This document shows positions 49,583 through 58,024 of a stretch of 64,000 nucleotides of DNA, piece by piece (position 1 is the stretch's first letter; each line of letters begins with the position of its first letter). Position numbers and translations under genes: made by a program. The DNA comes from an uncultured Candidatus Saccharibacteria bacterium (GTDB lineage Bacteria > Patescibacteriota > Andersenbacteria > UBA10190): contig CAYJKV010000002.1 in assembly GCA_964371255.1 (NCBI GenBank), positions 130,553-194,552 on the forward strand. The letters run 5' to 3'. Under the pieces are notes generated by a model. That model had not been told where the DNA came from and searched no databases. It saw nothing but the letters and a program-made list of their open reading frames with translations.

Positions 49583-51016
49583 ATGTCTCAGCCCAATTGG
49601 TTTACTATCATCTTCCTGCTTGCCGCCTTTTTAGTATTGCTCATCTTGTCTCTCCAGTATCCGCTCAGTACTTCCTTCCCCATCGGCGGTGATGCGGCTT
49701 ATTATGCCCGTCGCGCTCAGATATTTCTGGAATTTTTCCATGCGCCTGGGCCATCCATCCTGGCACTCAAATCCTCCTGGTATCCTTTGTCACTTCTGAT
49801 CTTTTCTTCGTCCGCCATTATCCCGCTGGATTGGCCCATTCGCTTCACCTGGTTCATGGTCATCGCGCACGTTTCAGTCGGCGTTTCATTAGCTTTGCTC
49901 TTGCGTCGTTTATCTGGCTGGTCCGCGGCCGCCTTTGCTATGTTCATCTGGGGTATCACGACCACCGGTGTAAACAGTAACTTTGAAGATGGTACCCTGG
50001 CTCAATTAATTAGTTTCGCCTTTTTAGCTTTGTTTCTGGAACGTTTTGTGGCCGGCGCCAAATGGTCCGCTCTGTTATGGCTGCTGGCCACCTGCTTAGC
50101 TCATCCGATTACCGGCTTATCCATTCTGGTCACCTTGCTCATTGCCTTACCCGCTTTCTTGTCCAGCTGGCTATCTTTGTCTGCGTCTGACAAAAAATTG
50201 CTGCTGGTGATTTGTGGCGCCAGCCTGGCGCTGCTGAGTTTAACCCTCTTTACCGGCCGACAAATTTTTTCTCATTCAAGTTTTATTACCGGTGTCGCTG
50301 ACGTCCCTTTTATCAATATCCTTGTCTCTAGTTTTGCTCCTTTTGTCGCTCTCGCCCCTCTTGGTTTGCTTTTACTTTTACGGTCCGATCACTCCCCGAC
50401 TACTAAATATATATTCGCTTTTCTATTCAGCCTCTCCATTCTCATGGGCGGTAATGATCTTTTGGGTATTGCCGTCTGGACGCGGCGATTACTGCCTCTC
50501 TTTATCTTTGTTGTCACTATTTTATCTGCCCTGTCATTACCTTATCTCTTGCGGTTCCTTTGCCCAGGCCGTTTCACCCGTGCTGGTTTTGTCAGCCTGA
50601 TTATGGTGTATTTTGCATCAATGACGTGGCAAAACAATCATCACATATTCCGTCATTACGAAAATCCGTCAAATTACGCCCGTATTCATCCCGAAGAACT
50701 TGAAGCTATGCGATGGTTCCGTGATAATCTACCCGCCAGCAGTTATATCACCACCTCCAATAAAAACCGCCACACCGAATGGCTGCCGGTCATTACCCCG
50801 TTTCAGTGGTTGCCAGTATCACCGGATGATGATTCTTTGTCACACCCCGTGCGGGATAAGTTTGATTCTCTGACTTATTACAAATATAAGTATGTTGCCT
50901 TTTTGACCAGGCGCGAAAACGTCCCGGAGTATATCCGTCAATCTCCGGATCAATACCCGCTTGTCTTCGCCAATAAATCCGTTGTCTTATATAAAGTATC
51001 GTCAATTTATGATTAA
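49583..51016 (+). CDS. GT-C-like polytopic membrane protein with AglB-like C-terminal domain
   Basis: PIGGDAAYY after TM1, YP, LAHP, RRLLP, ELEAMRWFRDNLP. Confidence 0.7.
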   Translation: MSQPNWFTIIFLLAAFLVLLILSLQYPLSTSFPIGGDAAYYARRAQIFLEFFHAPGPSILALKSSWYPLSLLIFSSSAIIPLDWPIRFTWFMVIAHVSVGVSLALLLRRLSGWSAAAFAMFIWGITTTGVNSNFEDGTLAQLISFAFLALFLERFVAGAKWSALLWLLATCLAHPITGLSILVTLLIALPAFLSSWLSLSASDKKLLLVICGASLALLSLTLFTGRQIFSHSSFITGVADVPFINILVSSFAPFVALAPLGLLLLLRSDHSPTTKYIFAFLFSLSILMGGNDLLGIAVWTRRLLPLFIFVVTILSALSLPYLLRFLCPGRFTRAGFVSLIMVYFASMTWQNNHHIFRHYENPSNYARIHPEELEAMRWFRDNLPASSYITTSNKNRHTEWLPVITPFQWLPVSPDDDSLSHPVRDKFDSLTYYKYKYVAFLTRRENVPEYIRQSPDQYPLVFANKSVVLYKVSSIYD

Positions 51017-51392
51017 CTACTTGCCGCGCCTGGGGGCTTATTTGACCCTGCTCCTTTTCAGCGGCTTACTGCTGCCTATCCCCAAAGCCCTGCTTGCGGG
51101 TTTACTGCTGGTGAGTCTGGGCTTATTCTTGATCCAGCTTGCCTTTCGCCGCCCCGCGATTGTTGTAATATTCCTTGTCTTTTTTGCCATTCCCGTTTTG
51201 GCTTTTCAGATTCCGCCCCTTGTCTCTTCGCGTTTTAGCCCACTCACACAACTTGCTTTAACAATTCTGCTCTGGGGCTGTCTTCTTTCACTGCTTGTTT
51301 CTATTGCGACTTGGCTTGCCAATCGTAGTCAATTTCATTTAGGTCGATCCGGTCCATCTCCGTCGGATCATGTTCCAGGCTCGCTAGATTAG
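51009..51392 (+). CDS. Small hypothetical membrane protein (about 4 TM)
   Basis: ATG overlaps the upstream gene end; continuous hydrophobic helices; tail overlaps the convergent gene. Confidence 0.55.
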   Translation: MINYLPRLGAYLTLLLFSGLLLPIPKALLAGLLLVSLGLFLIQLAFRRPAIVVIFLVFFAIPVLAFQIPPLVSSRFSPLTQLALTILLWGCLLSLLVSIATWLANRSQFHLGRSGPSPSDHVPGSLD

Positions 51393-51744
51393 CCACCACC
51401 GACAATTTGTGACTGATGCCTATCATACCGTTAGTCACACCCTTTGGGATGTGCAACAAGCAGTAGTTATCTTCACCAAGCCAATATTCCTCGACTTGAC
51501 CTTTAGTTGCGGACTGGTCCCGTTCATCGACCAAGACGACTTTTACCGCTCCCACGATACAGGCATAGTTCAATGCCATTTGGCGGTGTCTGTGCCAGGC
51601 TTTAATGACACCCTGGTAAACTGACGTAAAATATATTTCGCCGAATTGATCAAAAGCCGGATCGGATTTTTTTAGCATATGCCAAACTACGCCGCGATCG
51701 TCCGGGATTTTCTTTAACAAGCGGCAGTTCACTCCCTCAATCAT
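51301..51744 (-). CDS. RmlC-like cupin NDP-sugar 3,5-epimerase
   Basis: DDRG, FGEIYFT, KAWHRH, G.VK.VL.D.R, IPKGV. Confidence 0.85.
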   Translation of the reverse strand: MIEGVNCRLLKKIPDDRGVVWHMLKKSDPAFDQFGEIYFTSVYQGVIKAWHRHRQMALNYACIVGAVKVVLVDERDQSATKGQVEEYWLGEDNYCLLHIPKGVTNGMIGISHKLSVVANLASLEHDPTEMDRIDLNEIDYDWQAKSQ

Positions 51745-52796
51745 ACTGTCTCCTGTATACTCTCCTTAATCCGTAACTCCTCCGACAATAAACCCGCCTG
51801 TCTCATCGCCTGATATCTTTTCAGCGTATAATACCCATTAAACATCATATCCTCTTCCTGCCATTCAACTTTATCAAACGCACCCAGCAAACCGCGCACA
51901 CCGTCAGAAATTAATTCGCGCGCTTTCCAGCCCAGCCTCTCAATCTTATCGAAACTTACCCGGTAGGTCCGTTCATCTTTTGTTTTTTCCGGGTTAATAA
52001 ATACCTGACTGCCCACAATCTCCTTCTTAACCAGCCTCGCGATGTCTTTGACCTGATGATTATTAGCCGCTGTCCCGATATTAAACGCCTCCCCGCTGAC
52101 CTGTTCGCCGGCTGCCTCCAGCAGAAATATAAACGCTCGGGCACAGTCATTCACCGCCAGGCTCGGACGCCAGGGAGTGCCATCGCTCAATACCTTAATC
52201 CGTCCATAAGTATATCCGTTGGCCGTTAAATCGTTAACCACCAGATCCAGCCTTAGCCGCGGCGAATAACCAAAGACGGTTGCGTTGCGCAAGATTACTG
52301 GCGTAAATTCACTGCCGCTCATTTTCCTCAGCTCATCTTCCATCATCACCTTTGACTTGGCATAGGCTGTCTTCGGGTCTAAAGTATCATTCTCGTTCAT
52401 CAATCGCTGCCCGCTCACCCCGTATGTGCTGCACGAAGATGAAAATAAAAAACGATTAACGCCGGCCCTTTTAGCAAGTTCGGCCAACCTGACACCCGCT
52501 CGATAATTTATCTCGTACGTCAGCTGTTCATCGAGCTCACCTAACGGATCATTCGATAGTCCTGCTAAGTGGATCACTGCGTCGCAACCCACTATGTCAT
52601 CCATCTCAATGTCCCGAATGTCCTTTTTCTTTTGCACCGTCGCCGGTACCCGTGGCATCATTTGCACATCCTCAAATATGCCGGCATCAATCCCCAGCAC
52701 TCTGTACCCAGCCTCAACCAATTGTTGCGTTAATACCGAACCAATATAACCCTGGTTACCTGTCACTGCTATCTTTTTCTTCCCTCTTCGCTCCAT
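51741..52796 (-). CDS. NAD-dependent epimerase/dehydratase (extended SDR)
   Basis: TGNQGYIG, HLAGLSNDP, SSCS.YG, YAKSK, RNATVFG.SPR.R.DL, SDGTPWRP; start 52796 or 52814. Confidence 0.88.
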   Translation of the reverse strand: MERRGKKKIAVTGNQGYIGSVLTQQLVEAGYRVLGIDAGIFEDVQMMPRVPATVQKKKDIRDIEMDDIVGCDAVIHLAGLSNDPLGELDEQLTYEINYRAGVRLAELAKRAGVNRFLFSSSCSTYGVSGQRLMNENDTLDPKTAYAKSKVMMEDELRKMSGSEFTPVILRNATVFGYSPRLRLDLVVNDLTANGYTYGRIKVLSDGTPWRPSLAVNDCARAFIFLLEAAGEQVSGEAFNIGTAANNHQVKDIARLVKKEIVGSQVFINPEKTKDERTYRVSFDKIERLGWKARELISDGVRGLLGAFDKVEWQEEDMMFNGYYTLKRYQAMRQAGLLSEELRIKESIQETV

Positions 52797-53554
52797 GTTT
52801 TCTTTTTCAACCATAGATTATTTAAGTATTGCACATCTTTAACCGTATTCATTGCGTGCCAGAATCCATCGTGTCGATACTGACCGAGCTTCTTCTTATT
52901 GGCCATCCTCGCTAATCCGTCTTCCAGCGCCTCGCCCTTCCGTAAATATCGCAGTGCTTCTTTCTCAAACACCATGAAGCCGCCATTAATATATTCCTTT
53001 ACCTTGGGCTTTTCCGCAAACTTTTTTATTACATCGCGTTTATCCGCCCATATCTCACCAAAATGTGATGAGGGGTGCGCCACTGTAATGGTTGCGATTA
53101 TGCCTAATCTGTCCTTCTGCCTCTTATGAAAGCGGATTAGTTTAGCTATGTTCACATCACTCACGTCATCGCCGTAGGAAACCATGAACTGTCTATCACT
53201 GACATACTGCGCGGCTACCAAGACTCTCTCCGCCGTATCCGTCGTCTCGCCTGTTTCAATCATGGCTACCCGATAATCAAGCGGCAATCTATCTGTTAAT
53301 GGGGTTATGGCTCCCGAAGCTAAGTCTACTTCCACGTCATTGATCGTCTTGGTTATGTTGATAAAATAATCACGGATCATGTCACCACGGTAGCCTAAAC
53401 ACAACATGAACTCTTTTTGCCCATAACCGGCATATAAATTCATGATATGGATTAATATCGGCCACTCACCCACTTTTACCATGGCCTTAGGTTTGAATTC
53501 AGTCTCTTCATTCATTCTCCATCCGCGGCCACCGCATAAGATAATGGTTTTCAT
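52769..53554 (-). CDS. rfbF: Glucose-1-phosphate cytidylyltransferase-like nucleotidyltransferase
   Basis: LCGG.G.R..EET..KPK.MV, LGYRG..I..YF, YGD.V.D, INGGFMV, H.GFW..M.T..D. Confidence 0.87.
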   Translation of the reverse strand: MKTIILCGGRGWRMNEETEFKPKAMVKVGEWPILIHIMNLYAGYGQKEFMLCLGYRGDMIRDYFINITKTINDVEVDLASGAITPLTDRLPLDYRVAMIETGETTDTAERVLVAAQYVSDRQFMVSYGDDVSDVNIAKLIRFHKRQKDRLGIIATITVAHPSSHFGEIWADKRDVIKKFAEKPKVKEYINGGFMVFEKEALRYLRKGEALEDGLARMANKKKLGQYRHDGFWHAMNTVKDVQYLNNLWLKKKTWSEEGRKR

Positions 53555-53560
53555 CTCCCT

Positions 53561-53590
53561 ACCTTAAACGAGAGCCCCTCCACTCCGCAA
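53561..53590 (-). promoter_or_regulatory. Putative sigma70 promoter, leaderless geometry
   Basis: TTGCGG-N18-TAAGGT-N6-ATG(53554). Confidence 0.45.
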
Positions 53591-53818
53591 GTGCGCATCT
53601 ACTGATTAACCGTATTTTCTATACTCATGTTTATTGATTATGCTTTCTTCGTTTTATCTTGCATTGATTTTGCTATGTCACAGATCGACTGGAATAGTTT
53701 GGTATATTATTTCTTAATTCTGTTTCCTGTGCGGCTGCAACCTTATCCTGACTCAGCATTCCGATCCGTCCAAACCTTGACCAACTAATCTTTCGCGCTT
53801 TAGTTTTTCTTTTCCTCC

Positions 53819-53848
53819 TTGTATCTTTATCTCTCTTTCTAGTATTTT
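53819..53848 (+). promoter_or_regulatory. Putative sigma70 promoter, leaderless geometry
   Basis: TTGTAT-N18-TATTTT-N6-ATG(53855). Confidence 0.45.
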
Positions 53849-53854
53849 TAAGTT

Positions 53855-54838
53855 ATGAGTAAGATTCTTGTTACCGGTGGTGCTGGTTTTATCGGTGCCC
53901 ATTTAGCCAACCATCTGCTGCTCCGTGGAGATCAGGTAGTGATCATTGACGATTTCAACGATCGCTATGATCCCCGCTTAAAACACCTGCGCTACGAGCA
54001 TTTTTTCTCCGGTAAATTACAGCCGACCCTTATTACCGGCGATATCCGCAACAATGACTTGGTCACCGCTATGTTTGCCCGACAAAAATTTGACCATGTG
54101 GTCCATTTAGCCGCTTGGGCAGCCGTCCAAACCAGCATTGATAATCCCTATATCTATACCTCTGTTAATGTCGACGGCACGGTCAATATTCTTGAGGCTG
54201 CCCGCCGTCATTCTGTTCAGAACATTGTTTTCGCCTCCAGTTCCTCTGTCTATGGCGGAAGAACCAAAGTACCATTCCGGGAAACCGACGATGTTTCTCG
54301 ACCTATCTCGCCCTACGCCGCCACCAAGGCGGCCGGTGAAATATTGTGTGCCACCTGGTACAATCTTTACGGCATTCCAATTTCCGCCTTACGCTTTTTT
54401 ACGGTTTATGGCCCCTGGGGACGTCCGGAAATGGCGATTTTCAAGTTCTCTGAAGCAATTCTAAGTAATCAACCCTTATTGATGAGAGGCCGTCAAACCG
54501 AACGTGATTTTACTTATATTGATGACTGTGTCAGCGGTGTGGTTGGTGCGCTCGATCACCCGCATGAATTTTCTATATTCAATCTGGGCGAATCAGATGC
54601 CGTGCCGCTGCCCCGTTTAATTGCCGCCTTAGAAACAGCCTTAGGCAAGACCGCCACTGTTCAGGAAGTACCTTTGCCTCCCGGCGATGTCCCTCGTACT
54701 CTAGCTGATATTGCCAAAGCCCAGCAGCTGCTAAATTATCAGCCGGTAACTAAAATTGAACCCGGCGTTATGAAATTTGCCGCTTGGTACAAAGATTGGT
54801 ATCTGCCCAATTTCCTACCTGATCTGTCCGGCTCCTGA
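53855..54838 (+). CDS. UDP-glucuronate 4-epimerase-like SDR
   Basis: TGGAGFIG, YDPRLK, HLAA.A.V..S, SSSSVYG, PISPYAATK, RFFTVYGPWGRP.MA, RDFTYIDD. Confidence 0.9.
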   Translation: MSKILVTGGAGFIGAHLANHLLLRGDQVVIIDDFNDRYDPRLKHLRYEHFFSGKLQPTLITGDIRNNDLVTAMFARQKFDHVVHLAAWAAVQTSIDNPYIYTSVNVDGTVNILEAARRHSVQNIVFASSSSVYGGRTKVPFRETDDVSRPISPYAATKAAGEILCATWYNLYGIPISALRFFTVYGPWGRPEMAIFKFSEAILSNQPLLMRGRQTERDFTYIDDCVSGVVGALDHPHEFSIFNLGESDAVPLPRLIAALETALGKTATVQEVPLPPGDVPRTLADIAKAQQLLNYQPVTKIEPGVMKFAAWYKDWYLPNFLPDLSGS

Positions 54839-55528
54839 TTCATGATCGCTAAACGTCGGCCATAATGCATGGGGGGCCGCAGCCAGCAGCCACAGAACCA
54901 TTAGATATGCCACACTATATTGTATTATCTTGCCCCATTGGCCCTGCCCCTCCTGCCAATAACGCTCCCATTTGTCTCGTTGACCAATGACGCGCAGGCT
55001 AATATCGCCTTCTTTGCTATTGCTGGCAATCCAAAAATTACCGTCCGCATAGCGGCCATTGTCTTTTTCTATAAACAGCCTGGGCGCTGTATCCTGCTGC
55101 TGACTACTAATCATTAGTCCATCCCACGTTAAGCTATACTGGCCGGCCAGCCATGTATCGTCCGGCAACAATAGCTCAATTTCGTGAATCCCGCTTCGGT
55201 TACTGTCGGTTATTTTATTTAATTGCCATTGATTAATGAGCTGACCATCATTTCGCAGAGTTATATCAACCGAGGCCGCTGTCGGTGGCAAATAGATGGG
55301 TAATATAATTTTTTTTATCAATGTCCTTTCATTAATCATCAAAGTCTGTGTGGCATTGAATTGAGCGTAAATTTTCAATGCCTGATCTATGTCTCTGACA
55401 GCTAAAATGTCAATGACGGGATACTCCTCATTTTTATTAGCCTCCTGCCACGCTCCGCCCAATACCAAACCGACGATCAAGCTAGACAGAAAATATTTAA
55501 TTATAGTTGTTATTGTTTTGCTCTTCAT
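54815..55528 (-). CDS. Hypothetical membrane-anchored protein with predicted beta-sandwich domain
   Basis: N- and C-terminal TM helices flanking a beta-rich domain ending YADGN...GDISL. Confidence 0.7.
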   Translation of the reverse strand: MKSKTITTIIKYFLSSLIVGLVLGGAWQEANKNEEYPVIDILAVRDIDQALKIYAQFNATQTLMINERTLIKKIILPIYLPPTAASVDITLRNDGQLINQWQLNKITDSNRSGIHEIELLLPDDTWLAGQYSLTWDGLMISSQQQDTAPRLFIEKDNGRYADGNFWIASNSKEGDISLRVIGQRDKWERYWQEGQGQWGKIIQYSVAYLMVLWLLAAAPHALWPTFSDHESGAGQIR

Positions 55529-55534
55529 CGCCGC

Positions 55535-55552
55535 ATTATCTAACGGTACAAT
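55535..55552. promoter_or_regulatory. Back-to-back -10 elements in a 39-bp divergent gap
   Basis: Minus strand GATAAT-N6-ATG(55528); plus strand TACAAT 15 nt before ATG 55568. Confidence 0.4.
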
Positions 55553-55567
55553 TACCTTAATTCTTTT

Positions 55568-58024
55568 ATGATACCACGCTTCAATTTTGCTTATCTAACT
55601 GCCCTCTTTCTGGTCGTCGGTTCAGGCACTGCTGCTCTGCTACTAATGTTAGCACCCACTTTACCCGCATGGGGGATTCGTCATACCCCACATGACGAGC
55701 CCAGGTTCTTGACCTTAACTAGTCAGCAAACAATCGACCAGACTTTTCTTTTTGAATATCAGCGGCTGGATACTGTCGTGCTTTGGCTTGATCCCGACTC
55801 GCTGGCAAATCCTCAGGGCCTCCTGGCTTTGACCGTCAAAACTAACACCGACAGTACGACCAGCTATCTCCCGGTCGCCAACATACCACCTGATGGTATA
55901 GCTGTTTTTTCTTTTCAACCGCCTGTGTCTGCACCAGTCAATCAATCAGCCACCATGCGTCTAACCTTGGCTGATACTGATCGATCTCTCCGCCTGAAAT
56001 ATCAGATTGATGCCTCCATCTACCCCGACGGCGACTTACATGCCACCTCTCATCCGAATCGGGTTGGCGATATCGCCTGGCAAAGCCGCTACCAGCGTCC
56101 TGCCCTCGTCTCGCCGCTTATTCATTGGTTATATGTTATCTTTCTGCCCTTAGCCGGAATTCTAGCAGCTAGTCTGCTGATATATATTTATCATTTGCCC
56201 ACAACCATTCCCTCGCTAACCTTCAGTCCATCCCCCGGCACAAAGACTGCTCTTTTACACCGCCTTCCTCGCCCGCTGCCGCGTTTCATTTTAGTATTGT
56301 TGCCTGCCTTGCTGACTGTTTTTGTCTTTCTTTTTTATTCTTCATCTCTCATCCTCCCCGGTACCTGGATTGGCACCGCCGACTTCAGTAAAGAGTTAAG
56401 CTATGTTACCTCTTCGGCCTTGGCCCTTCGCGCCGGTGCCTGGCCGGTCTGGACACATTTTACCTGCGGCGGTATGAGTTTATTGGGTAATCCGGAAGCC
56501 ACCACACTCAGTATCAGCACTCTCCTCGCCGCTCTAACCTCTCGTCCTGAGTTATCTTTATGGTTAACTCTGTCCATCGAAGCCACTTTAGCTTGTCTGG
56601 GTACATACCTATTAGCTAAAGCCTTACGTCTTTCTACACCAGCTAGCCTCTTAGCAGCTGCCATCGCTTCATTATCGGCTGTTTTTCCCTATAAAATCGT
56701 CGAGGGCATAGTCATGATCGGCGGTCCGCTGGCTTTCACTCCCTGGGCATTTCTGGGCTTATATCGAACCCTAAAATCAGCCTCCTCGTACTGGCTGGTC
56801 CTTTGTAGTCTAAGCTTAATAGCTATCTTTTGGCGCGGTGATGTCCATATTATTTTACTGGTTATTCTGATCATTACCCTCTGGTGCCTCGCCAGTTCAA
56901 TATTACAGCGTCGCCCATGGCCCCTCCTCGTTCTGCTCGCAATTCTGCTCATATTTTTCTTAGGTGCCAGTCTTAAAGTTCTGCCCTACCTGGAACAAAT
57001 TAATTTAATCAACAGCCAGGTTGATCCTCATAGCGCCCAGCTTACACAGCAAAAGCTATGGTCTGACATTTTTCTTTCCGTTCAGGCACGCACCAATAAA
57101 ATCCCGGTATTGCATGGGTTGCCCGAGCACTTTGGTTATTTTGGTGCTTACGTCGGATTATTGCCAATGCTCCTGGTGTTATTAAGTCTATTTTCTTCTA
57201 ATCCGTTTCGTTATTTTGGCTGGTTCTTTCTGCTTGTATCCTTATTGCTTGCTGATGGTTATTTGTATGAACATTGGCTTCGTTTCCTTGGTCCGCTTTC
57301 TTCCCTTTTGCGTATGCCTAGCCGCTTTCTGACCGTTTCAGTCCTTTTTGTTGCGTTACTAGCCGGCCTGGGCTGGGATGTTCTCCGGGCAAAGCTCCGT
57401 CGTTTTCAAATCCCACCACACCCATATTCTCCGCTTATCCTGGCACTATTAGTCGGCATATTAGCTTGGCCTCTTTATGACTTAACTCGAGCCAGTTATT
57501 CTATCTTACAGCGCGATCTATCAAACCGCAGCTCTACCATCCTGCCTCCGCCCGTCGTTCCCACCCTGACCGCACATTTGAATAGCTCCCCGGCTGATCA
57601 TAAACACCCTTCTATCCTCTTACAATCAGGCTACTTATTGCCTCATATTTGTGGCGATCAAAACAATCCGCCCGAATTTTTGTCGCGCATATCAGACACG
57701 GCTTCGCTGGCTGATTATCCCGCCACCCTGGAACCAAATCAAATCACCCTCTATAATCTCCCCGCTCTATCATCTATCTATATCAAAACTCGCTTTGTTT
57801 CCTCATGGCAGCCATCGGCTGGCATAGTTCTGGCCGCTCCCGATGAATCCCTCCAGTTAATTACCCCCCCTCAACCAATCTCTTCAATTCGATTACAATA
57901 TCATTCAGCGACTATCCGTTCCCAACAAGTTTTGCTGCTTACATTTATCACAATTATTCTAGTTATGTTCGTTCGCCCGGTTTACAAAATTGCTCTAACC
58001 GCCTTACACTGGCGCCATGCTTAA
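55568..58024 (+). CDS. YfhO-like GT-C membrane protein with N-terminal extracellular beta domain
   Basis: ADFS, WPVW....CGG..LLGNPE, AYVG, LRMPSRF; many TM segments. Confidence 0.75.
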   Translation: MIPRFNFAYLTALFLVVGSGTAALLLMLAPTLPAWGIRHTPHDEPRFLTLTSQQTIDQTFLFEYQRLDTVVLWLDPDSLANPQGLLALTVKTNTDSTTSYLPVANIPPDGIAVFSFQPPVSAPVNQSATMRLTLADTDRSLRLKYQIDASIYPDGDLHATSHPNRVGDIAWQSRYQRPALVSPLIHWLYVIFLPLAGILAASLLIYIYHLPTTIPSLTFSPSPGTKTALLHRLPRPLPRFILVLLPALLTVFVFLFYSSSLILPGTWIGTADFSKELSYVTSSALALRAGAWPVWTHFTCGGMSLLGNPEATTLSISTLLAALTSRPELSLWLTLSIEATLACLGTYLLAKALRLSTPASLLAAAIASLSAVFPYKIVEGIVMIGGPLAFTPWAFLGLYRTLKSASSYWLVLCSLSLIAIFWRGDVHIILLVILIITLWCLASSILQRRPWPLLVLLAILLIFFLGASLKVLPYLEQINLINSQVDPHSAQLTQQKLWSDIFLSVQARTNKIPVLHGLPEHFGYFGAYVGLLPMLLVLLSLFSSNPFRYFGWFFLLVSLLLADGYLYEHWLRFLGPLSSLLRMPSRFLTVSVLFVALLAGLGWDVLRAKLRRFQIPPHPYSPLILALLVGILAWPLYDLTRASYSILQRDLSNRSSTILPPPVVPTLTAHLNSSPADHKHPSILLQSGYLLPHICGDQNNPPEFLSRISDTASLADYPATLEPNQITLYNLPALSSIYIKTRFVSSWQPSAGIVLAAPDESLQLITPPQPISSIRLQYHSATIRSQQVLLLTFITIILVMFVRPVYKIALTALHWRHA

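Noticed and set aside
53627-53788. 53-codon ORF (MFIDYAFFVLSCIDF...) in the 300-bp divergent gap
   Set aside because: No recognisable motif; a T-rich region produces hydrophobic-looking ORFs by chance
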